Under the pieces are notes generated by a model, which saw nothing but the letters and a program-made list of their open reading frames with translations, was not told the origin of the DNA and made no database searches. A stretch of 40,568 nucleotides of DNA, from the NCBI GenBank assembly GCA_031418155.1, contig JANOWZ010000512.1, forward strand, positions 1 through 40,568, read 5' to 3'. The position numbers and the translations under genes are program-made. The stretch comes from Deinococcales bacterium. GTDB taxonomy: Bacteria > Deinococcota > Deinococci > Deinococcales > JAAFIG01. Positions 23,983-32,033 of this stretch are shown here, one piece after another (the first letter of the stretch is position 1; each line of letters begins with the position of its first letter).

Positions 23983-26337
23983 ATGTCAGACCACGCCCCG
24001 AACCCAGAACCGAAACGCCGCATCAGCCCGAATTTCATCACGGAGATCATTGACCGTGACCTCGAGCAGCAACGGTACGGGCAGGTTGTGACGCGCTTTC
24101 CACCGAACCCGAACGGTTTCGCGCATTTGGGCCATGCCTTTGCTAGTTTGCTAAATTTCGGTATCTCGCAAGATTACGCGGGACGTTTCGTGTTGCGCAT
24201 GGATGACACGAACCCAAAAACAGATCAGCCCGAGTACGTGACCGCCATTGCCGAAAGTTTGAAATGGCTGGGCTTGGATTGGGGCAGCGAGATCAGTTAC
24301 GCCTCGAGCTACTTTCCTGAATTGCACACCAGCGCCATTCGTCTGATCGAACGTGGCCTCGCCTACGTGGACAGCGTGAGTCCCGAAGAGATGTCACGCA
24401 TGCGCGGCACGGCCAGCATTCCCGGCAAGCCCAGTCAATACCGTAACCGCAGCATTGCCGAAAACCTCGAGATGTTTGCCCGAATGAAAGCCGGAGAATT
24501 CCCAGATGGAACTCACGTGCTTCGCGCCAAGATCGACCTCGAGAATCCGAATTTCAAATTGCGCGATCCGGTGTTGTACAGGATCGTTCACGCCACCCAT
24601 TACCGCACTGGCGATGATTGGTGCATTTACCCGAGTTACGATTTCGCGCAAGCGATCACCGACGCGCTCGATGGTGTGACGCACAGCTTGTGCTCGCTCG
24701 AGTTCATTGACAACAACGCCGTGTACAAATGGTTGATGCAGCATTGCTGGATCGAAGAGGGCCGAGGCGAACCGCCAGTGCAGTACGAGTTTGGACGCCG
24801 CAGCCTCGAGTACACGGTTGTATCCAAACGCAAATTGCGCAAGTTGGTCGAGGGCAACTTTGTGCACGGCTGGGACGATCCACGAATGCCAACCATTGCC
24901 GCGCAGCGTCGTCGTGGCGTGACATCCGAAGCGATTCGCACCTTTGCCGCCGGTATCAGTGTAAACCGCACAAACCGCACCGTCGATCTGGCGTTGCTCG
25001 AGAATGCGATTCGGGACGATTTGAACCATCGCGCACCTCGGGTCATGGCAGTTTTGAAACCGTTGAAAGTTGTGATCGAGAACTTGACGGAATCGCAAAC
25101 GCTCGAGGTTCCGTACTGGCCGCACGATGTCGTGCGCGAATCACCGGATGGTCTGGTTGCGCTGCCATCGGGTGAGCGTGTTGCGCCAGAAAAAGCGACT
25201 CGAGCCGTGGAGTTAACTGGAGAAATTCTGATCGAGCAGGACGATTTCGCGGCGAATCCGCAACCCGGATTCAAACGTCTAACCGTCGGTGGCAAAGTGA
25301 GATTGCGTGGTGCAGGCGTGATCCAATGCGAATCGTTCACAACCAACGATGCTGGAAAAATCATCGAGTTGCGTTGCAAACTCTTGCCAGAACCCGAGAA
25401 GGCGAATGCCGTGATCCACTGGTTGAACTCGAGCGCCGTATCAGCAGAGTTCAGGCTTTATGACCGGTTGTTCAAAGTTGCGCAGCCTGAAGCGGAAGCA
25501 AAAGAACTCGAGGAAGATGATGCAGAAGATGGCGAGCCAGTCGCAGATTTCTTGTCATTCTTGAATCCGAACAGCCTCGAGACCACGCACGGTTTTGTTG
25601 AGGTGAGCATCACATCTGATCCACCCGAGACGCGCTATCAGTTTGAGCGTTTGGGCTACTTCTGGCGTGATCCTGTGGACTCGACCAGTACGAAATTGGT
25701 GTTTAATCGGATCATCACGCTTCGGGATTCATGGGCGGAAAGAGCAGAACCCATCGAGGCCCGTAAAGCAAAATCCGACAAACCTCAAGTTCAACGCGAA
25801 CTCGAATTGAGTGTAGAAGAACAAAAAATTTTCGAGCAATTTAAAGCCAAAGGTGTTTCCGAGAACGAAGCGAGTGTGCTGGCCCGAGAACCAAAACTGG
25901 CCGCGTATCTCGAGTCTGCGGCACAACATGCACCGATCACGGCGCTCTCGAATTGGGTGGTCAACGATCTCGGCGGATTGCTGCGCGAGGGTGAAATCAA
26001 ACTGTCACCGGCTGGATTGGCTGGACTGGTGCAACTGATCGCGGATGGTTCGATCACGCGGCGCATCGCGCAGGACGTTCTGGTAGAATCGCTCGAGACG
26101 GGCGCGAACCCAAGCGAACTTGTGGCGCAAAAAGGTTTGAAAGTCGTCAGTGACACGGGCGAACTCGAAGCGATTCTCGAGGCTTTGATGACTCAATACG
26201 CCGATAAGGTCGCGGCATACCGTGCGGGCAGAACCGGCATGGCGGGCTTTTTCGTTGGGCAGGTCATGCAGGCCACCAAGGGCGCAGGCAATCCGCAGGT
26301 TGTGCAAGAATTGGTGGCGCGAAAACTGGCCGGTTAA
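23983..26337 (+). CDS. glnS: Glutamine--tRNA ligase with C-terminal YqeY/GatB-like appended domain
   Basis: Class I motifs (RFPPNPNGFAHLGH = HIGH; VVSKRKL = KMSKS-like), a GlnRS core of ~560 aa, then a ~200-aa tail (...SNWVVNDLGG...GFFVGQVMQATKGAGNPQVVQELV) typical of YqeY/GatB C-terminal domains. Confidence 0.9.
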   Translation: MSDHAPNPEPKRRISPNFITEIIDRDLEQQRYGQVVTRFPPNPNGFAHLGHAFASLLNFGISQDYAGRFVLRMDDTNPKTDQPEYVTAIAESLKWLGLDWGSEISYASSYFPELHTSAIRLIERGLAYVDSVSPEEMSRMRGTASIPGKPSQYRNRSIAENLEMFARMKAGEFPDGTHVLRAKIDLENPNFKLRDPVLYRIVHATHYRTGDDWCIYPSYDFAQAITDALDGVTHSLCSLEFIDNNAVYKWLMQHCWIEEGRGEPPVQYEFGRRSLEYTVVSKRKLRKLVEGNFVHGWDDPRMPTIAAQRRRGVTSEAIRTFAAGISVNRTNRTVDLALLENAIRDDLNHRAPRVMAVLKPLKVVIENLTESQTLEVPYWPHDVVRESPDGLVALPSGERVAPEKATRAVELTGEILIEQDDFAANPQPGFKRLTVGGKVRLRGAGVIQCESFTTNDAGKIIELRCKLLPEPEKANAVIHWLNSSAVSAEFRLYDRLFKVAQPEAEAKELEEDDAEDGEPVADFLSFLNPNSLETTHGFVEVSITSDPPETRYQFERLGYFWRDPVDSTSTKLVFNRIITLRDSWAERAEPIEARKAKSDKPQVQRELELSVEEQKIFEQFKAKGVSENEASVLAREPKLAAYLESAAQHAPITALSNWVVNDLGGLLREGEIKLSPAGLAGLVQLIADGSITRRIAQDVLVESLETGANPSELVAQKGLKVVSDTGELEAILEALMTQYADKVAAYRAGRTGMAGFFVGQVMQATKGAGNPQVVQELVARKLAG

Positions 26338-26382
26338 ACACACCTTGACGTGATTTTGATCAAGATTTGCGAGGCTGAAGAA

Positions 26383-27900
26383 ATGACTCGAGCACTGCGT
26401 TTGCTGGCCATCCTGACCTGTTTGTTCGGCGTTGCACTGGCCGCAACACCGTGGCTGCCGTTCTTGCGTGGCGAGACGCGGCCTCGCAATCCTGGTGTGA
26501 TTCAGGCTCGAGCCTCGGGTTGGATTGCGGGTTCCAAAATTCCGCCGGTCTTGTCGTACATCCCCACCTACCAGCACGATGTCAAACCGATCCTCGAGCG
26601 TCACTGCACAAGTTGTCACACGGTTGGCGGGATTGGTCCGTTCAGGCTCGATGATGCCAAAACCGTGCTTGAGCACGCGGATGTGATGCGGCATTCGGTG
26701 ATCGATAGGCGGATGCCGCCGTGGTTGGCGGGCGGCGAAAGTCCGAAGTTTGTTGGCGAACGCAGCTTGAGTGATGACGAAATTGCAATCATCGCCAATT
26801 GGTCTTGGGCGGGTGCCCCCGAAGGCATGACCGAAACGCAAAGCGCGAGCCAGGTCAAAGGACAAATCTCGAGTTTCAAACCGGACCTCACGCTTGAGAC
26901 GGGATTTGATTTCGTGCCGGATGCGAAACTTTCTGACGAGTACCGCTGTTTTATCCTCGATCCGAAATTGACCGGCGACCGATTTTTGAGCGGTTACGAC
27001 ATTTTGCCTGGTGATCGGCGCGTGGTGCATCACGTGCTGATGTACGAACTCACCCCAGCCGCGATTGCGGAGGCGCAGAATCTCGAGGCGCAATCCGATA
27101 AACGTGGCGGCTACACGTGTTTCGGTGGGCCTCGACTCTCGAGCCAACTTGAGCTTGTTGGTGCATGGGCTCCGGGCAGCAGCGCCACAGTTTTTCCGAC
27201 CGGCACGGGTGCGCGGTTGTGGGCGGGCTCGAGGATTTTGATGCAGGTGCATTACAACCTTTCGGCGGGCGCGAAGGCGGATCGCACACGGATTGCCTTG
27301 GCGTTCTCGAGCGACACGAACCTGAAACCGTTGCGTAATTTCGCACCGAGCGCCCCGGTCGAACTGGCCTGCAAAGGGCCGTACACGCCGGATCGCTCGA
27401 GCGGTTGCAACCGCGAATCGGCTTACGCTCGGGTGTTGGCGCTCAACAATTCCGGGCCGAACCGTCGCCGCCAAAACGGTGGCATGCTCGCGCAATGCAA
27501 ACGCAGTCTCGAGGAATTCACGGCGGGCAATTTGACGGGCCGCAGCAAAACCAGTTGCGAGTACAGTGTGCCCGCTAATCTCGAGATTCGTGGCGTGGCT
27601 GGACACATGCATTATTTGGGACAAAGCATCAAGCTTGAGTTCAACCCGCAAGATGCGGCGCGGCGACAGGTGTTGCTCGAGATTCCACGTTGGGATTTTC
27701 ACTGGCAGGGCTTCTACTGGCTTGAGCAACCAATGCAGGTTCGCATGGGTGACACGTTCCGCATCACCTGCGAGTTCGACAACAGCCCGGAGAATCAACC
27801 GTGGTTGGATGGCAAACAACGCGCACCGCGTTACACCGTCTGGGGCGAAGGCACCGAGGAAGAGATGTGCCTTGCCTACGTGCAGACGACCTTACGTTGA
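26383..27900 (+). CDS. Secreted PHM/DBH-like copper type II monooxygenase fused to an N-terminal CxxCH (PSCyt1-like) module
   Basis: Signal peptide; VKPILERHCTSCH...MPPW...WSWAGAP (heme-c-type CxxCH module); then DEYRCF...RRVVHHVLMYE (CuH His-His), GHMHYLG (CuM HxH) and TEEEMCLAYV (Met ligand region). Confidence 0.6.
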   Translation: MTRALRLLAILTCLFGVALAATPWLPFLRGETRPRNPGVIQARASGWIAGSKIPPVLSYIPTYQHDVKPILERHCTSCHTVGGIGPFRLDDAKTVLEHADVMRHSVIDRRMPPWLAGGESPKFVGERSLSDDEIAIIANWSWAGAPEGMTETQSASQVKGQISSFKPDLTLETGFDFVPDAKLSDEYRCFILDPKLTGDRFLSGYDILPGDRRVVHHVLMYELTPAAIAEAQNLEAQSDKRGGYTCFGGPRLSSQLELVGAWAPGSSATVFPTGTGARLWAGSRILMQVHYNLSAGAKADRTRIALAFSSDTNLKPLRNFAPSAPVELACKGPYTPDRSSGCNRESAYARVLALNNSGPNRRRQNGGMLAQCKRSLEEFTAGNLTGRSKTSCEYSVPANLEIRGVAGHMHYLGQSIKLEFNPQDAARRQVLLEIPRWDFHWQGFYWLEQPMQVRMGDTFRITCEFDNSPENQPWLDGKQRAPRYTVWGEGTEEEMCLAYVQTTLR

Positions 27901-28419
27901 AGTTGAGGACGCTGAGCTTCGATACGCCTCGAGCGCACGTTCTTCCGCCGGGATGCGCACGCCGAGCAGCATGATTGCGTTCAAGATCGTCCAAACAATG
28001 GCCGTGATCGACGCGCCAAAAATCAGTGGACCGGTCAGCAACTCGAGCGCGACAACGACATAATTGGGATGCGGAATGAACTTGTACGGGCCGCGCCTCA
28101 CGAGTTTCGCCCCAGGCACGATCAGGATGCGGGTGTTCCAGAACTGCCCCAGACTCGAGATGGCCCAGTAGCGCCCGAATTGTGCGAGGACAAAAATACT
28201 CAACCAGAGAAACCAGAACGGCCCAAATTGTGATCCTCGAGCCAAGCTTTCAAAGAACGTGGCGAGAATCCAGGCGCTGTGCATCGCCACCATCCACGGG
28301 TAATGCTCGGGTGCGTGTTCGATTGCGCCCTGGGATCGCGCCCAAGCTTCGTTGCGTTTGGCGACGCGCAACTCGAGCAGGCGTTGAACGATCACGAAGG
28401 TGATGAAGGCGTAAAGCAC
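27892..28419 (-). CDS. Isoprenylcysteine carboxyl methyltransferase (ICMT) family membrane methyltransferase
   Basis: RRGPYKFIPHPNYVVVALELL matches the ICMT/phospholipid-MT signature (R.P.Y....HP.Y); 4-5 TM segments; GTG start. The 3' end overlaps the convergent monooxygenase gene by 9 nt. Confidence 0.75.
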   Translation of the reverse strand: MLYAFITFVIVQRLLELRVAKRNEAWARSQGAIEHAPEHYPWMVAMHSAWILATFFESLARGSQFGPFWFLWLSIFVLAQFGRYWAISSLGQFWNTRILIVPGAKLVRRGPYKFIPHPNYVVVALELLTGPLIFGASITAIVWTILNAIMLLGVRIPAEERALEAYRSSASSTST

Positions 28420-28460
28420 GCCTCGAGTGTACGACGTGAATCGAGGCTCGAGGCGTGCTT
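28414..28460 (-). promoter_or_regulatory. Perfect 14-bp inverted repeat enclosing the ICMT GTG start codon
   Basis: AAGCACGCCTCGAG (28414-28427) / CTCGAGGCGTGCTT (28447-28460) with a 19-nt loop. The GTG start (28419-28417) lies inside one arm. It sits between the Yip1-like stop (28471) and the ICMT gene. Confidence 0.55.
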
Positions 28461-28470
28461 GCAGTGCTGT

Positions 28471-29028
28471 CTATCGTCCTATTGAGGAGATCACGACCAA
28501 CGGAGTGACAACCAGAATCGTCAGCACGAAGAAGATCGCCAGGTAGCCGATCACTGCGCCACCCAGCGTGGTCCAGATTTTGCTCGAGTCGGTGAAATTC
28601 ATACTGCTTTGGATCGCCAGATACGCGAAGTACACGCTGGCTGCGAATTGCGCCAAACTGATCACCGTGCCGAGCGCCCAACCCAAAATCATCATTGCAA
28701 TTGCCCCAACCACCGCCAGCGGAGCCCAGAAGAGTGCAAAGCTGTACGCAACCTCATCGAGCGTGCCGGTCCCGCCCTGCTGTTTGGCAATAAAATGCAC
28801 CAGGTAGGTGAAGGCAAAGAATCCGACCAGGGCCATGATTACGGCGGCGATCATGCCTCCCGCACCGGCACGAAAACTCAGCAACCCGGCGATGGCGCTC
28901 GAGGCGGCGATCAACAGGGCCGCATCCCGCATCGTGCCGCGTTTTTCGTACAACTCGAAGGTGGTGACGCTGGGTTTGCTGACGACGCTGACGCTCTGGT
29001 TGACCATCTCGGCGAACGTGACGGACAT
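28471..29028 (-). CDS. Yip1-domain family membrane protein
   Basis: Short cytoplasmic N-terminus followed by 5 TM helices in the Yip1-like arrangement; SD AGGAGG 6 nt upstream. Confidence 0.55.
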   Translation of the reverse strand: MSVTFAEMVNQSVSVVSKPSVTTFELYEKRGTMRDAALLIAASSAIAGLLSFRAGAGGMIAAVIMALVGFFAFTYLVHFIAKQQGGTGTLDEVAYSFALFWAPLAVVGAIAMMILGWALGTVISLAQFAASVYFAYLAIQSSMNFTDSSKIWTTLGGAVIGYLAIFFVLTILVVTPLVVISSIGR

Positions 29029-29126
29029 AAGAACCTCCTGAATGAGGGCTCGAGTTGAGGATCGGACCCCTCGAGTCTATCAGCTTGAGTTTAAATTTGG
29101 ATCAAGGTTCTAAACAGGCTCGGGTC

Positions 29127-29172
29127 ATGTGTGCTCACGCTCATATGGTGTCTATGTGTGCTCACGCTCATA
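29127..29172. repeat. 19-bp direct repeat (ATGTGTGCTCACGCTCATA) with 27-bp period at a gene 3' end
   Basis: Copies at 29127-29145 and 29154-29172. The second copy encodes the last codons and stop (YEREHT*) of ORF 29152..29601. Confidence 0.85.
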
Positions 29173-29601
29173 CAACGGCATCAAATTCCAAGCCTGAATG
29201 ATCGGTGCCGCCTCGGACGGACGGCTGGCATTCAGGGCGAGTTTGAGCATGCTGGCGGGCAAGCGCCGCAAACCCTCGAGATCGTTCTTTCGGGCCAAAG
29301 CCAGCGCGTTCTCATGCGAGAGACCACGCCGCAACAAAACACGTTCTCGGGTCAGCAACTCGAGGTTTTCATCTTCTGAGAACATGCGTTTCGCCGCCCG
29401 AGCCGCATTTGCCAGTTCGTCGGAACTCCCCAGAATCAAATGCTCGAGCGATTCCAGAATCTGGGTTTGCGGAATCTCGACGTGATCTATCGCGAAGGCA
29501 AAGACCGATTCTGCCGCCCGAGGAACCGCCGGATCACCGGTCGGTTCCCGCACAAGTTCGGTCTCGAGCAGCGTGTGGATTTCGTCAAGAACGGGCAGCA
29601 T
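29152..29601 (-). CDS. Hypothetical protein (helical, acidic), 18 nt downstream of the PKS gene
   Basis: Long ORF, co-oriented and tightly spaced with the type III PKS. No recognisable motif. Confidence 0.45.
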   Translation of the reverse strand: MLPVLDEIHTLLETELVREPTGDPAVPRAAESVFAFAIDHVEIPQTQILESLEHLILGSSDELANAARAAKRMFSEDENLELLTRERVLLRRGLSHENALALARKNDLEGLRRLPASMLKLALNASRPSEAAPIIQAWNLMPLYEREHT

Positions 29602-29619
29602 CTCGAGAATTTTACCGGT

Positions 29620-30684
29620 TTAAGTTCTAAACAGCACTTGTTCGGCGCTGAATCCCGGTCCGACGGCAGTCAGCAATCCGGGTTCATCATGCGGTAATCC
29701 AGGATGGCGCTGCATGAATCGCTCGAGCACAAACAGGACTGTGGCGCTGCTCATGTTGCCATGTTCGGCCAGGACAGCCCGCGCATCCTCGAGAACACTG
29801 GCGGACAATCCCAGCGCACTTCTGAACGCCTCCATGACCTTCTCGCCGCCGGGATGGGTCACAAAATGCCGCAATTGCTCGAGGCTGAGGTTGTGCTTGG
29901 CGCAGGCCATTTCGACATCGGCCCGAATATTTTTTTCAACAATGTTCGGCACGCTTTTGGAAATGTTGACCTTCAGGCCGGTGTTGGTCACATCCCAACC
30001 CATGATGTCCTCGGTCTCGTCCCAGAGCGTGCTCGAGCCGCCGATGATGCGCGGCCCATTCCCCTCTGGGGCGAGCACGATGGCTGCCGCGCCATCGGCG
30101 AACAGGCTGGTGGCGATCAGGTTCGGCCTCGAGATGTCGTTCGCCTGAAAGGTCAGGCTGCACAATTCGACCGCCACAAGCAATGCGGGTTTGCCAATGG
30201 CCCGCACGAATTCGCTGGCGCGGTTCAGGCCGCCCGCTCCGCCCGCACAACCCAAACCCCAAATGGGAACGCGCACGGTGTGCCTCGAGAGGTCGAGGCG
30301 TTTGATCAACCAACTGTCCAAACTCGGCGTGGCGAGACCGCTGGTGGAAACGAAGAAAATCCCGCCAAGCTCGCTTGCGTCCAAACCGGAACGCTCGAGC
30401 GCAATCCGGGCAGCGCGTTCGGACAAATCCAGCGCAACCCGAAAGTAAATCTCGTTGCGTTCCTGCCAGGAGTGATTCGTTTGAAACCACTCGAGCGGCG
30501 CACTGACATACCGCGATTGAATGTGACCGTTGTCGAACACGGCCAGCAGGCGGTCCACGTCGCGCAGACCGGCATCGAACAAGGATTTGACCAGTGTGCG
30601 CACATCCGCTTGGCTCAGGTGATGCTCGGGCACAGCGGTTCCAACCGATAAGATTCGCGGCTCGAGTTGAGAGGTTGAACTCAT
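29620..30684 (-). CDS. Type III polyketide synthase (chalcone/stilbene synthase superfamily)
   Basis: Active-site Cys context [13 protein letters not shown], His [10 protein letters not shown], Asn [14 protein letters not shown]; 354 aa. Confidence 0.9.
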   Translation of the reverse strand: MSSTSQLEPRILSVGTAVPEHHLSQADVRTLVKSLFDAGLRDVDRLLAVFDNGHIQSRYVSAPLEWFQTNHSWQERNEIYFRVALDLSERAARIALERSGLDASELGGIFFVSTSGLATPSLDSWLIKRLDLSRHTVRVPIWGLGCAGGAGGLNRASEFVRAIGKPALLVAVELCSLTFQANDISRPNLIATSLFADGAAAIVLAPEGNGPRIIGGSSTLWDETEDIMGWDVTNTGLKVNISKSVPNIVEKNIRADVEMACAKHNLSLEQLRHFVTHPGGEKVMEAFRSALGLSASVLEDARAVLAEHGNMSSATVLFVLERFMQRHPGLPHDEPGLLTAVGPGFSAEQVLFRT

Positions 30685-31493
30685 CGAGTCCCGTCCCCAG
30701 CATGGTCAAGGGGGTCGGTTTCTGGCGTTTCACAGGATTCCCGAAACACGTACTGCGAAAGTCGCTTGCGGTGACGGCTCGACCAATCGATGCTCGGACG
30801 ACGTTCACCCGCACGGGCGTAACCCAGGCGGTAAATCGCCATCAACTCAAGGTGATCCGGGACTTTGAGAAGGTCCACAATCTGCTGCCAGTTCTCGGGA
30901 ATTTCCATCGGGGTGGACACAAACTGAATGCCCATCCCCAGCGCGTGCGTGGTCAACCAAATGTTCTCCATCGCCGCGCCCATGCCGAACAAACTGTAAA
31001 AACCGGAAAGTTGACCAGGCTTGTACTCGGCTTTGTCCAGCATCACGCCCATCAACAGCGGGCTGCTCGCCACCAAATCACGGTTGTCACGGCCAAGCAT
31101 TTTCGGCACGCCCAAACGCCGCATCAACTCAAGCCCAGTTGGGCTAAAAACCTGCTTGATGAACGGCTTGAGCGGCCCCGGCAATTGATCGATCAGGATG
31201 CCATCGCCGCGCTCCTCGAGTTCTTTTTGGTTGAAACGAAAGTACGGCATGTAGCGCTCGAAGAATTTACCCTCACCGATCAGGCGTTCCATGCTGGCCC
31301 CGGCAATCTCGGCGATCTTGTTGCGGGTCGTTTCGGACTCGATAAAACAAAAGCGCCACGGTTGCGAATTGAAATGGCTTGGCGCTCGAGAGGCGGCCTC
31401 CATCAACAGCAATTGATGTTCACGCGACACGGGCCGAGGATCGAACGGGCCGTTCGTGGTTTTGCGGTTGCGAATCACCTCGAAGAAATCCAT
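30681..31493 (-). CDS. Nitroreductase family protein
   Basis: [17 protein letters not shown]...[12 protein letters not shown] matches the nitroreductase N-terminal FMN-binding pattern. The stop overlaps the PKS ATG by 4 nt (ATGA). The ORF-track N-terminal extension to 31880 is judged non-coding. Confidence 0.8.
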   Translation of the reverse strand: MDFFEVIRNRKTTNGPFDPRPVSREHQLLLMEAASRAPSHFNSQPWRFCFIESETTRNKIAEIAGASMERLIGEGKFFERYMPYFRFNQKELEERGDGILIDQLPGPLKPFIKQVFSPTGLELMRRLGVPKMLGRDNRDLVASSPLLMGVMLDKAEYKPGQLSGFYSLFGMGAAMENIWLTTHALGMGIQFVSTPMEIPENWQQIVDLLKVPDHLELMAIYRLGYARAGERRPSIDWSSRHRKRLSQYVFRESCETPETDPLDHAGDGTR

Positions 31494-31591
31494 GCGCACC
31501 TCGAGCTTAACCCGCCAGGGACCATTCTTCACGATACGGAATACAAATCGAACCTGGACAATTGCACCTGTCAAAGCTTGGCTCGAGCGGA

Positions 31592-31903
31592 TCAAACAAT
31601 GGCCAGTACGTAGCCGAGCAGACCGACCAAGGCCAGATTTCGATGCGGCCCGGAACCGCCGCGAAAACGTGGCAGCAAGCCGAGCGCCAACAAAGTCGGC
31701 AAGAATGCCCACCACCTCGAGCCCGCCAGAATCGAGGTCAATGCCGCCGCGCCCGCTGCGACGAAGACCACGCCATACAAGGCGTGATGCACCCAATGAA
31801 AGCGTTTGGTGCTGACCCAACGAAACTGCACGCCAACACCCAACGCCAGGTTCGAGACGTACAACCCAAACCCGACCCAAAGCGCCAGTACCTCGAGTTT
31901 CAC
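31592..31903 (-). CDS. Small hypothetical membrane protein (3-4 TM) heading the PKS operon
   Basis: From GTG 31903 the protein is hydrophobic with a conserved-looking [11 protein letters not shown] segment. The upstream part of the ORF-track ORF (to 32095) is not protein-like. Confidence 0.4.
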   Translation of the reverse strand: MKLEVLALWVGFGLYVSNLALGVGVQFRWVSTKRFHWVHHALYGVVFVAAGAAALTSILAGSRWWAFLPTLLALGLLPRFRGGSGPHRNLALVGLLGYVLAIV

Positions 31904-31938
31904 AGCTTCACCATCACGGCTCGAGTCTCCACCGCTCG

Positions 31939-31944
31939 AGTATA
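31939..31944 (-). promoter_or_regulatory. -10 box TATACT, candidate promoter of the PKS operon
   Basis: Minus strand reads gtgcgTATACTcgagcgGTG.... Six nt later a 10-codon mini-ORF begins, and its TGA overlaps the GTG at 31903. Confidence 0.35.
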
Positions 31945-32033
31945 CGCACGAGATTCTGGGCTCGAGATTGAGGCGATACCCATGGTGTTGCATTTTCGCT
32001 GGCAAATCGTGAAAAGGACCCTGCAATACCAAT

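Noticed and set aside
26005-27819. 604-aa ORF on the minus strand, plus similar long antisense ORFs at 17979..19115, 36777..38252, 39186..40316, 22628..23914, 9894..10727, 29704..30651, 30594..31613 and 31914..32822
   Set aside because: Each lies antisense to a gene with clear family motifs. Their translations are Arg/Gly/Pro/Cys-rich with no motifs, as expected for shadow ORFs in GC-rich DNA.
31494-31880. N-terminal 129-aa extension of the nitroreductase ORF in the track, and likewise the first ~64 aa of ORF 31592..32095
   Set aside because: The extensions are Arg/Gly-rich and overlap the better-supported small membrane protein ORF in another frame. The nitroreductase family pattern starts at [11 protein letters not shown] (ATG 31493).
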